A DNA stretch of 64,000 nt, from assembly GCA_012295275.1 (NCBI GenBank), contig CM022673.1, positions 25,916,001 through 25,980,000 of the forward strand, written 5' to 3'. Under the pieces are notes generated by a model, which had not been told where the DNA came from, did no database searches, and was given only the letters and a program-made list of their open reading frames with translations. The translations under genes and the position numbers were made by a program. Below, piece by piece: positions 39,023-54,300 of this stretch. How positions within the stretch are numbered: the first letter of the stretch is position 1; each line of letters opens with the position of its first letter. The DNA comes from Chrysomallon squamiferum. Its lineage: Eukaryota; Animalia; Mollusca.

Positions 39023-40839
39023 CATTCTTTCTTATTTTTAAGGGTTTGTTTTTATTTTTGGTATTTGGATTATCACACAAATAAAAGCCCCAGTGTTTAT
39101 TATGACTATTTTATATATATTTATCATAACTAACAAATTTCATTTTTTAAATATAAAATAACCAACATGATACATAATCGTATTTTCTTTCTTTCAATGT
39201 TTTAGATATATTATGCTTATTTATTTTTATTATTGTTATTGCTCTTCTTCTTCTTCTTGTTATTGTTATTACTATTGCTATTGTCATTATAATTAGTGAA
39301 CTTGCTGACGGTTCGTAGCAATTTTATCGACGTTGATTGTTATTATGCATAACTGCAAATAACTGAGTAATTATAGCGGTAATTTCATATGTCAACACGT
39401 CAATTAATCTATATGCCCACTTTAGTACAAAATTAATAAAATAATATTTTCTCGTTTTATTTTTTACATGTCGCTTATGATTTACCACACTGACATATTT
39501 ATTCCATTGATAAAAATGATGTTCCGGAGGTAAAAAAAATTGTGACAAATAAATTTTGATTTTAATGTATACCTTTTCGTTTTATATTTATCAAAATAAG
39601 TATTTTACAATAGAATGTGAACGTCGATTTAATTAAGAAATAATAATATATATATATAAAATTTTAAATTGTGTTATTAAATGTTTATCTAGGGCATCAA
39701 AACATACCATTTTAACCAAATAAATAAATAAATAAGCATTATTTTGTAATTATTTCGAAACAAGAAATAAAATTAATTAATAAAATAATCGGAGTATAGA
39801 ATGTTGCTTGTACATGATAATACTAATAAACTACTATTTAAGAAAAAAAAAAAAATAATAATAATAAAGAAAGAAAGAAAAATAACATTTACAGCCAAAC
39901 ATATAGCGACAATAAATATATAATTATAGTATTTGTCTCACTGGGCTTAATGGCTATATTTAGTGTAGTACTCTTGACAACAAATTACACTGAGCAGTTG
40001 GCTAGTAACAGTTTTATAAAATTTGTTATTTTATTTGTTATTTACTTCTTGAAATTGTGCTTTATTAATTTACTTATTATTTTTAATGAGTTATTTTACT
40101 AATACCCCCCCCCCCGCCCAGTATACTTAGAATATAATAAGAATGTTCATTTAATAACGCTTGTAATATAACAATCATGGCGCGTGGATTCAGTATTCGT
40201 TTAAAAAGTAATAATAATAAAAAATAAAAATAAAAATATAATGAAAGATTATAAGTCTTAGGCTATTATTCAGAAGGTATTGTTTTCTTGTTGTAATCCG
40301 CATCTCTAAGACATTAATTATGGACCGCCTTAATACGTTATTAATGATATTATGGTTTCATTCAAACCAATAAATCTTTGGATTTTCAAACGAAGTGTTA
40401 GAAATCAGAGAGTTTAAAATGTTATTATCAAGATACATCATCATTTATTTATTTGTTTATTTATTTAATTATTTTTATGTTCCATTATCCTTAAAGATTA
40501 AAGTAAATTACTTTTATTATGGCTTTCAACAAGCCAGTTATGTGGCTTAGGTTGGACCGAGAAATAACCCAATGTTATAGTGAAAGGAATACATCCAGCT
40601 TCTCATCATGCATGTGCTTTTTATGTTTCTTACGTGCGTGAAAAACAAAAAATCATCATAAACATCAAATTTATTACTGTTGGGTTATTTTTGTTTTTGA
40701 CATGGTGTGTGCTTTAATAAAATAAACCTACTATATAACCTACTATAGAACATAAAATAAATTAAATTCGAATGTCAGTTAATTTACAGCCTCGTTTTAA
40801 TCATTCTCGACAGGAGTCAAACATTTAAGAAAAACATTG

Positions 40840-40884
40840 ACCCGGAAGTTGTTACTTGAAATCGGAAGTGTTGCCATCAACAAC
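40840..40884 (+). promoter_or_regulatory. ROPN1L promoter with two ETS-type sites and an RFX X-box-like element
   Basis: CCGGAAGT at about 40842, TCGGAAGT at about 40862 and GTTGCCATCAACAAC at 40870-40884 lie just upstream of a donor CAG|GTATTT at 40964/40965 (5' UTR exon). Confidence 0.55.
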
Positions 40885-41623
40885 CCTTCAAAACAGCGAA
40901 AGCGCGTAAACCTGAGTTGTTTGTATGTAGTTAATTTTCATATTCCTAAAGCCACTACATTCAGGTATTTTCTTGAACATTGTTTCATAATAATGAATTA
41001 TCTAATTTTATTTTTATTGTTTTTTGTATGATTACAGTTAAGTTAAAAATGTATTAATGTTCAGTCGACTAGTTAGTTGTGTTTTCATAAATTTAAGATA
41101 TTTATTCTAGTAACCAAGAAATTAAATGTTCAGTTGTCTATCATTCGGCATTTCATTCAGTTAAATTAAGATCTTAGAATTTTGTGCTGTATAATAGTTT
41201 ATTTATTTATTTATTTATTTATTTAATTCTGGATTGGTATGAAATACAGTAAACACGGGTAAAATCAAATCAAATCCTGACGTTTTTCTGCTGATTACTT
41301 GTGTCTCTAATAAGAGGAATTCAATGTAAGCTGGTAGAGACCGCAAATAAAGCAAAAATAAAATAAATTAAATCAAATCAAATAATAAATTTAAATTTAA
41401 TTTTATGAGTTAGAGTGTAATGTAATCACAACATCATTCTCATAATAAACATTTAGATAATCTAGCGTGTCATACGCAGGCTTTATATATTGGACATAAT
41501 AGCTTCCGTTTGGACAGGATAACTGAATAATAAAGTAAAAATGTTAATTCAAATATGTATTTAACAAAATATTATATATTTTTGGAATGCATCTTATTAT
41601 TATCATCAATAATGTGAACCTGA

Positions 41624-43820
<2,197 letters not shown>

Positions 43821-46395
43821 GAATCCTGTGAAAGATTCAGTTCATCAAAATCTTATTTACTTCAGTACAGTTCCATGTTAGTAATGCAGTTGTATTTTGT
43901 TTTCTGTACAGAATTTTTTCAAAATGTATCTGCTATGCTTACAGAGGACATGAAATTATATGCTTAAGCACGTCTCTTGAATAAATATAACAAACAATAA
44001 CTTTTGCTGCATTTATGCATTAATAAAAATTTGAATTAAACTACGAAGGAATTGAAACAATATTGAACAGGTAAAAATAAACACAAGTTAACATTTCAGT
44101 TGGTCATTTTTGATTTCATGTTTTATGTTGTTTTCTGTAATTTATATGAAATAAAAGATTATCCATCAAAAAGACATTATGTTCCAACATCAGGACTAAT
44201 GTATTTATTTTTATTTCATTTGATGTTAAATTATATTTTTAATGCTTAACTGATTTCCTTTGTTGGCAATTAAATATTTATCTAGTTTCCTTTTGTTCTT
44301 TTTTTCTTTTGGAACTTTATGCTGATAAAAAACGTCTATGCATTTCACAGTTCAGAACATTTACTAATTTCTCTCGTAGGCATTTTGAACATGAATCAAC
44401 AAAAGATTTTTATGCTATTAGCATGCTTAAATAAATAACATATCAGTTCATAAAACTCATTTCAGCAGTGCTATGCAGAAAAATTATACCAAAAGGGTTG
44501 CTTATCTCAAAGTTTTTTCAAGTAAACTGATAACACATAAAAGAATGAAGGTTTTAACATTTCACTTTTTAAAAATTATTAATGGAAGGAATTTACTGAC
44601 ACACTTAACAGTTAGTCTCTAAATATGATTCAGGATTATGCAACTAAACCAGGATGGAACAGTAATGGAAATCTCTCTGGATATTGATCCAGAAACCAAG
44701 TGGCATCAGGCTAACATTCACTGAGATGCAATGTGCTGCATTTTAATATTAACTTACAAATATTGGTAATTTGTTTATTCTATAAAAGTCAGCTGTTTCA
44801 GTTCTCATCACCATTGAAAAGCAGAGAGAATGAAAACTGATCTGAAAACAGATTTCTGTTTTACTCATTTAATGTCATTGACTACAGTAGCTTGTTTACA
44901 TACAATTTTTGGATACTGTTTATCTTATTTTTACTAATACCTAATTTTACATTTTCAAAACTAGCAAAGTTAAGTCTGACATAATCATCGACATTCATTT
45001 TCATATGTGCAGCAAGCCAATTAATAATGAACTGATTTTAGATCCCCATTGATATGCTTAGAAAAATGTTCTATAGACAATCATCTTGAAACACCCAAAT
45101 TGAAGTTATTTTATTTTGCAATTCCTAAATATGCTTTTTAAATACCATGCATCTCCTATTCATTATCAGCAAGAAACTCAACATTTTTACATCCAGTATT
45201 TCAATTTCAACAGACTTCCATAAATAAATAATAATAAAATGAATTAACTATGTCTTTTTATTGTTAAAAAATTAATAACATACACAAGTCCTTAAAAACA
45301 TTTAACACAGCTGCTTAGATAACAAACACTATTTAAAACATAAAGCAAGACATTGTTTGTTAACATTTTAATGATTTTGTACAATGAAAATATACATAAA
45401 ACAAATAAAATTTAAAAAAAAAAAGAAAAGAAGAAAGATGTGCTCCCTTACAAACAAGGAAATTAACTATACATATTGCAAGAATAAAGCACAAACAGTA
45501 CCCAAAAGAACTAAAATAGTGTCTACATTACAACTGTCATTCACCACAATGCATCAGTTAAAATATGATACACTGTATAATGGAATTTTGGTAAACAAAT
45601 CCAGTAGCAAGACATTTTGTCACTGACAGGCTAAAATAATTAACCAATCTTTCAGTGAAATGATGCTGAACTACAGAACCAATGTTGTTTTTTTCTGTCT
45701 CATTAGATCTTATAATTTATCTTTACATGAGCAAAGACACAGTTTAACTGTGTTTTGGAAACCAGAAGTAACAACCCTCTCCACTAAAACTAAATGAATC
45801 GTAATGTTTTGTTCATTTATAATCCCCTTATCTAGACATAAGAGAACATTAAATTCATAGAGTTTATTTAAAATAAACAAAAATAAATAAATATCAAAGT
45901 AAAAACTCAGATTTCTGAGCAAGTCTGAATACTTGTTTTTAAACATACTGATGTGAATGGATTTGTGTAAAAGTGAAGAACAAATTATTTTTCACTCAAA
46001 ACAATTAAGGTGATATTGATCTTAAGTGAGCAACTTCAAATCAAACCCTAGCCCTATTTTAAAAGTAAAAAGAAAACATTTTTTTTTTTTTTTTTTTTTT
46101 TTTTTTCAAAGTTTTCTTAGAATTTTGTATTGAACAAAATTAACATTTCAAAATTCAGTGATGAACAATTTATCTATTTACCTACTTCTGACATTTAATC
46201 AATTAAAGCAATGATTTAAGGGAACTGCGAACCAATATTATTTTCGTTTATTTTTACCTTCAGTGCTCAAGAATGTCATTTTTAAAACTAAAACAAAAAC
46301 CACTGGCGTGTAGATTCAACTGAATTATCAGCTCAGTCCCTTGCGTCATTACCAGTTTACACAAAATGTTCTCGTCTAGATTTCTGTCATGTTTT

Positions 46396-48799
46396 TCAAG
46401 CCGCAGTGAACTCTTCATCAATGGATTTGTTAATAAATGCTTTAGTGTCGTATTCTTCTGAGGGTGGTTCTTCGTTTTCGTCATTGTTCTGGAATGAGTG
46501 GTCAGGATTACCCATCCCGTTGGACTCCTGTGGCCGGAAGTCTTGGCCTCCGTACAAGTAATCATCCTCCGTCTTTTCTGTTTTGATGGTTCCTTCGGGA
46601 ACGAATTCATCTCCTTCGCCTCGTTCTCCCTTCCTGCGGCGATCTTTACTTCGGCTTCTTCTAGATCTTTTTCTTTCCCGAGATCGACTTCTCCTCCTGT
46701 CGCGTGACCGACTTCGCCTGACTCGCTTTCTGTCTTTACGTGGACCAAGATCCTCGTCATCGCCTGAACAGAAATTTTTGAAATTTCAATAATGCAACCA
46801 TTTTTTTCATTTTTTTAAAAAGTTTTATTTTATTTTCATTTATCTTATTTACAGCCGTTGTTAATATATAGACACAGTAATTCAAGTACAAATTCACAGT
46901 TATTTTGGATGATTTTCTTTCCCTATATACAGAACTCTTTCATTTTCTTGGAATATTATTAAAAATTACAATTGTGATTATTAAAAATCTATTTTTATTT
47001 GTAAACTGTATCTTACAAATCTAAGTATATTAAATAAAATTCAGTTAATCTTTAGTTCAAACTATTAATAAGACATTAAAATTTATAGACTGACATTCAA
47101 TTATATAAAATTATTTAAAAATTTACCGTCAGGGATTTCAATCCTGTGCCTGTCTCTGCTGCGTGAACGACGTCTGTCTCTACTTCTGCTGCGCCTTCTC
47201 TCTCGACTTCGGCTACGTCGTCTGGGTCGTTCTCGTTCGCGACTTCGAGATCTTGGCCTGCGTTCATCAGGCTGAATGCTATAAAAATACAAACATATCA
47301 AGTGTCAGCAGCTTAAAATTCAGAATGCAGTTAAAGATTTCAAATAATAGTGAAACAGTTATTGTAAAAAGGAGCAGTTATCCTTGTCGTTATTACATTT
47401 CCAAGAAAAGTACTGTTAAAACATATCTACCTTTTTTCAGTTCTTACACACATACAGACAAATCTTTGCAAGATTATTTTTATTTCTTTATTTATATTTT
47501 TTTTATCCAACAGAAATATTAGTATTTCTGCCAAGTCTAAATTTGTTACCTGCTAATAATATGCATGAATAAATTGTCAAAACAAACACTAACCCATCAC
47601 GAACAGCGTATTCATCTCTGCCTGAAAATCTGGTGTTAACATCAGGTCCTCCTTTACGAGTTCCTCCCAAACCACCTCCTGAATGAAAAAAAATAAAAAT
47701 GAAGTAACAATTTGTTGTTAAGACTATTCAGTTACTGTTCCATTTCAAAAAATGAATTGCATGAACGTAGTTATTTTATTTTTAACTAAAGTTTACTGCA
47801 GTCTCAGTTACCTGAACTATTTGAACACAGAATCCAATGTAAATACAATGTATGAAGCACACTCGCATTCATATCAAAAGAACCACAGGTATCTTGTAAT
47901 CTGTCGAGGCTAAATCAGTGATACTTCAACAATGCCAATAAAGAGACTTGCCTTTATTTATCTCTATCTATTTTTAAAACCTGGCAAATTATGTTATCAT
48001 GGAAACATTACCTAGCCTCCTTGGTCTCCAACCCTTCACAGTTCGACCACGTTCAACATCCACCAGAACACGTCGTCCATCAATTTTCTTACCATCGGCA
48101 TGTTTGTATGCAGCTGAATTTTAAAAATATCAATAACATATTTAAGAATAACCAAAGAAAAATGGATAATATAAATGAACATTAGCAAATTAAGCAAGTA
48201 TAATCTTCATCTTTTTTTTTTTTCTTATTATCTACATCATATTCAAATTCTATCCCCAAAAGCAACATCTTGATGTTTTCACTATTTTTCCATTCCTTTC
48301 ATTTAAAAAGCAATGGAAATGGTTTTCATTCCCTTTTTTTTTTTTTTAAATAAAATTTTGTATTCCTATAATTAAGAATCTTATAATCTGAAAATACAAA
48401 ACCAGAAATGAAATTAATACCTGTTGCTGTAATGTCCTCTGAAAAAAAATTGATTATTAATAATAAATCCTAATTAAGCAAACAAACCAATGCTGTGTTC
48501 AAATACAGACATTTTAATGTAGTGACTAACAGTATTTCAACTAAACACTGGCTTTGTCTGATAATAAATTAGTACCTTGTCATCTTCTTGCCTGAAATAA
48601 ATTTACCTGAAATACAATTATTCCCCTTCTAAATAATAATGTATAATTAATTAGTTTTAACACCCTTGTTTTTTTTTTTTGAATCCATTTTTAAAAAAAA
48701 AGAAAGAAAAAAAAATAGGACTAACCTCTCTACAAAAAATTAACTTAATTGTACAATAAAAAAAAAAAAGAAAATTAAAAAAAATATATATATAATAAT

Positions 48800-48831
<32 letters not shown>

Positions 48832-49241
48832 GGCTATATGTATATGGAAAAAAAGAAAGGAAAAAAAAGTTCCATCCTCAATTTAAAGTAAAAATAAATA
48901 ATTAAGTTTTATTTTTTAAGAAAAAAAAAGAGATAAATAATAGATATGGGCTGTATGAAGAAGAAATACACTTGAAACTTACGTCCCTACCTACCAGACT
49001 CTTTTGTTCGCTAGCTTGCAACTCATTATCTCCTGTGATGGCTACTGGAGTAACACCATCCAATAGGCTCCGCAATGATTTTTTTTTTTTTTTTTTTTTC
49101 AGAACTTACCAATGAAAACTTACCAAGTGCCTTTTTTTTTTTTTTTTTTTAATTTATTTTATCTTTATCTCAATGTTTTAAATTTTATTAATGTTCTATT
49201 TTTGAAAATTATTTTTTGACAAATTTATATACTTGTATGTG

Positions 49242-49273
<32 letters not shown>

Positions 49274-49811
49274 CACATGTTTGTTTTGTTTTTATTTTTG
49301 TATTTTAGTTTTTTTTTAAAAAAAAAAAAAAAAACGTGAAACAAAATAGTAATAAAATAAACTGTAATTAATTTTTTTTTGTGTACAAATTTGTCAAGAT
49401 TTTTTTTCATTATTCCCAGTTTATTTCAAGTCTTTTTTTTTAAGAGAAAAAAGAAGACATTTAGAAGGCCTGTATTAATCAAGTTGCTATTAATGCTGGG
49501 TTTTGGCAATATTTAGTTTTATCTTTCATTCTTTGTTGTTGTCTTTTTTTTTTTTTTATTTAGATTTTAAAAAAGGTATGACAATTATGTTTCCACTAAA
49601 CACCCACATCTTACCACTTTATACAAACCCACAGCTATAGCAGAAATCTTTGGTTTGTTTAGGTAACAAGATGCCCATAGGCCATCAAGTTGACTCTGAA
49701 GGAAAAAATAGGAGAACCATTTTAGTAGTGGACCCCACAAATACTTCAAAGAACATGAACTTACCAGTTACCCAAAAATCAACATATTATATATTTCACT
49801 TACCATCCCAG

Positions 49812-49844
<33 letters not shown>

Positions 49845-51297
49845 CCATAGCTTATATTATTTTTTTTAAGTTTGCTTGTTGGTCGTTTTTTTTAAATCTT
49901 CCCCCACCATTTGTTCCTATTTTAATGTGATAGTTTATTTTCTTATTTTGAAACAAAAATAGTTTACAGTGGTATTTTATTTAATGTAATTCACGCAAGT
50001 CTTCAGATTTAAAAAAAAAAAAAAAAAAACGAAAAAGAAAAGTGAAAAATCCTTCCTGCATTCCATTGTCATCAATCTTAAACCTACACATCCACCGACT
50101 TACCAACAGTTATTTTAATTTCTTCAGCTCAATTATTGTGATAAACATATAACCCAACCATCACAAGCTCCACAATTTCTGGATCTATCAATCAAGATTA
50201 ATAATGCTTTGTAAATTTATGCTTTACAATAGTACCAGTTTATTTATGCATTTGTACAGAAAAACATTTTTTACTATGTAATATGAAACTGCCAAAAACA
50301 TTTATTATTACTATTATTATTTTTCTTTTTAAATATATTTACATGTTCTTGAGACTTCCTAACCAACCCAATGTCTAAAATGTATTTTCTGGTCATTCAA
50401 GAAAACCAATCAATACTTTGAAAATCAACTAAGGAAAATGTCTGGTTGGTTATTGCCCACAGAAAAAACTAATTTGACCTTTCATTTTAAAACAGTGCTG
50501 ATCTTTTATATCTGAAGAGATGATCTTGGAAATGTAGTCCTGAAAACCTATTTGGTTTATAGTGATTAACTGGTCGGACTGGTCAGACATCACCATGACT
50601 AATTTATTCTTTTGTCCTCCTGAATTTTATTTACTTTAATTACATGTAATCAAAAGAAATATAATTCTAAATTTTACATTTTTAAAGGTTCTAAAAAAAT
50701 ATAATAATAATAATAATAATACAAATTTATTCAACCAAAAATTAGTTATAATCGGTAAATAAAAGATTATTTAAATACTAATGATTATAACAAGACTGTC
50801 ACTTTGTTATTTGTACATTAACGTATTGTTTTAAGTTTGGTAATTTGCAGGACGATTCAATCTTTGTCACCCATTAGGCTATTTCCCATTCTAGCCAATG
50901 CCCCAAAAATGATTAAATTTTTCTTCTTTGATTGCAAAATGCACAAAATGTTGTGTTAACAAATACATTAGCCTTGAATGGACATCAGGTAGTTTCTTCA
51001 ACACAAATAAAGTTATAATTAGTCAATAAAAAACAATAACTTAATTTACTGTTGTTACTAAATTAATTGAGAAAAAGTATAATTTAAAAATCTTTTAACT
51101 GGCCAAGTATCATTCTTTAATACGCTGTTCATATCTGCATAACTTTCTAAATATTCTGCTTATTTATGATCAGTTGTTTAAATATATACTTGATGTCATG
51201 TCCTGCTGTTGAAGATTATATATATATATATATATATTGCTATAATAATACAAACATAAAAATTTCTGTTATCAATAATTTTTGATTATAATTATTA

Positions 51298-51347
<50 letters not shown>

Positions 51348-54300
51348 TTCTTTCAAAGAAACATAGATAAAAACAAGTACAGAAAAAGTATGTAGGTCAT
51401 TACTTGATGTTCCGTTTCATATTATCAGCGGAGAAATACTGATTAAAATTTTAACACTGGCTTATGGTAGTATTGATTGCCAGGCATTTCTAATTATGAC
51501 AGAGTTTGTAAGAAACCCAAGTTTTTCACTATGTATACCCAACAGCTAGAGTGCCTGCAATGGGGCACTGGTTAAGACAAAAAATAAACATGTGTCTTTG
51601 GCTCAACTACATGTTTTATAATTTGACATTTTCAGAACAGATTAAAAGAAATAAAAATTTTACAATTTTAAAAATTAAGAAGTTGAATTAAAAAAAAAAA
51701 AAAAAAATGAAATAATAAACATCGTCAATCTGATTTTAATGTTGTGAAATGCATCCCTTACATTTCTTTATACATTAACATCACTGCAACATGAATATAG
51801 CCTGCTTCTTACTCTGTCTTTATCATTTGAAAATTTGTTTAAAGTATTCTTACGGTAACATTAGGCTGTTGAATTTTTTTACCAGTATTCTTTGAGGTAA
51901 TTATGAGGTAATTATCATGCACCTGAGTTAAAACGTTAACTGATTTCGTATTTTAAGGATAATTAAAAAATCAGTGAAAAGTCAAAGTTGAGTTAGAGAT
52001 AATTTTAGCATTGCAGGAAGTTTATATTTTTTCAAATTTTTTTTAGGGGTTTTTTTATAGATAAAGCAGTGAGATTCAATAGAAGCAAAACAGAAATATC
52101 TTATTGCAACCTGTTTTATGGTCTAAAAATAAAAAGAAAGACAGTCCTTCATGTAAACCTTTTAAATGTCAGAATATAATTGATTTGTTTGAAATGCTTT
52201 AAGTAACAATCTCTGTGACCATTAACATTTTCACTGCTATTATTCTCTGCTGGAGATCTAATGGAATAAATAAAATAATGATGTTCAGCAATGAGTGACT
52301 CATTAATTTGACTTACTGAATACATTAGCAAGTTTAGGACTGAACATTTTTTAACCCTGACATTTATTTATATAAACCTAACACATTGTTCTGCTGTGGA
52401 TCTGAAAGAATGAAGATTTTATTTTGGCATGTGAAAGTGAACTCAAATGTTTTACTACTGCGGCAAAAATATTTTGAACCTCTCATTTTACACAAATATC
52501 CCTTTATTTAATTTTTTTTATATTTTTTTTTTATATAAACAGAAAAATACATTAAAACTAATTCTAGAGTTCCTATATACCAAAACTATAGATATAGGTT
52601 TTACTGGAACTACACATTCATTCTAAAGCAAAACTGCACTTTCCTTTTATATATATAAAAATAAATAAATACAAGTTGTGAAATTAAAAAAGAAAACAAA
52701 TCAGAATTTGTAATGTTTTCTGCTGTTACAATTTTGATTTAAAATCCATGTTTTTTTTATGTACTCAGTGATTTGGGACATTTTGTAATTTCTGGTTAAT
52801 TCTGGTTATAATCATCTGCAGAACTGGTTTCAAAACCAAACAGAAATACAAATGTGGTTACATTAAATTTGTACCATCATAGCTACCTAAAAATATAACA
52901 CCAAAAAAATAAATAAAAAATCCCATAATAACCAAATAAAAAAAAAGGTTTATTGCATCATCTTTTGTTTTTTTGTTTGTTTGTTTGTTTTAAAAGCAAA
53001 ACATTAACGTGTAGAAACTTTTTGTCTTCTGGGTCAAGAGAAACTGGATTTAATATTATTTCTGTGCAGTATAATCATGTTGGTTACAGCACTAACTGAT
53101 GAATAATCCAGTAAACAAGCTGTGACACCTGAATTGTGTGGATCACAATTAGCTATTGCTAACATAATTTGTCCTTAATTAACAACGTAACAATGCTAAC
53201 AACATATGGCAAGTGTTGTTATTTCGCAACAATTGCAATAAACGATACAGCACACGCAAGAAATTTGGAGACATTTGTTTATTAAATTTTAACTTTTTTT
53301 ATTATTCTGTTCCTGCAAACTTTAAGCAGCATGTCAAGTTATTCATATATTACTTGCTTCTTATTGTACGAGTAAACACCAATGAAAAATTCGTTCACGA
53401 AATATATTAATTTCAGTTTTAATGAATTTTTAGATTCAGGTAAAAATGAATGAAAAACTGAAGATGTGAATCAAAAGTTGAAAATTTATAAATATCAAAA
53501 ATATACTGATTAAGTATGGCCAAATACTTAATACTAATATTACTACTTTTTAATAAACAAAATTATTTTTTTTATTTATTATTTCTCTTATTTAAAATAA
53601 AAATAAATATTCACTGTGTGTATACATTGGTATAAAGAGAAACATACCAGTGTAACGTTCTTAAGAAAAAATGAATTTCATTTAATGCTTATTATAATCA
53701 TTTTATGTTATTAATGTTCCTTTATATTCCCATGGGAAAAACAACAAAATAATGTTATTGGTTATTATTCCATGACTCCTGTTAACAAAAATATAACCAA
53801 AACTTTATCATTATCTAACACAAAAGATGGTATTTATTGATTTATAATTAATTTGTGCAATTTTTTAATTAATATATTGAAACAAACCAAAATGGATGAA
53901 CAAGTAACTAAATAAATAAGTAAATAAAGAAATAAAGCAAATGCAATTTTTAATCTCTACTCACAGTGCATGTCTCTCTCATGTTCATATTCAATAAATG
54001 CATAGCCTCGAGGTTTGCCATTGTTGCGATCGTGGACAAGTGAAATCTGGAAGAAGCAAATAAATAAATAACATAAAATAATAATAAATTAAAATTATTG
54101 GCTGTGTATAGACTACAAATCAAGTGGCGTCTCTAATCTGTTTAATGGTTTGCAAATTGCAATGCAAATACCCATTGATAGTGTTAGTTATTTATACATT
54201 ACAATTACATAATTACCAATACATTTTTGTGACAATTTGAATCAATAGCACAGTATTACTCCATTTAATGAGAGATTCGATTCCCTCATCACTCTGATTT

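Noticed and set aside
46260-46760. 166-aa - strand ORF over the last SNRNP70 exon
   Set aside because: It is in the wrong frame. Splice phase gives the RS-rich frame that ends at TGA 46396-46398.
49104-50104. ACTTACC copies as U1 snRNA genes or pseudogenes, or as a CRISPR-like array
   Set aside because: Nothing after the heptamer resembles the U1 body, spacing is irregular and the genome is eukaryotic. They are better read as sense-strand donor motifs.
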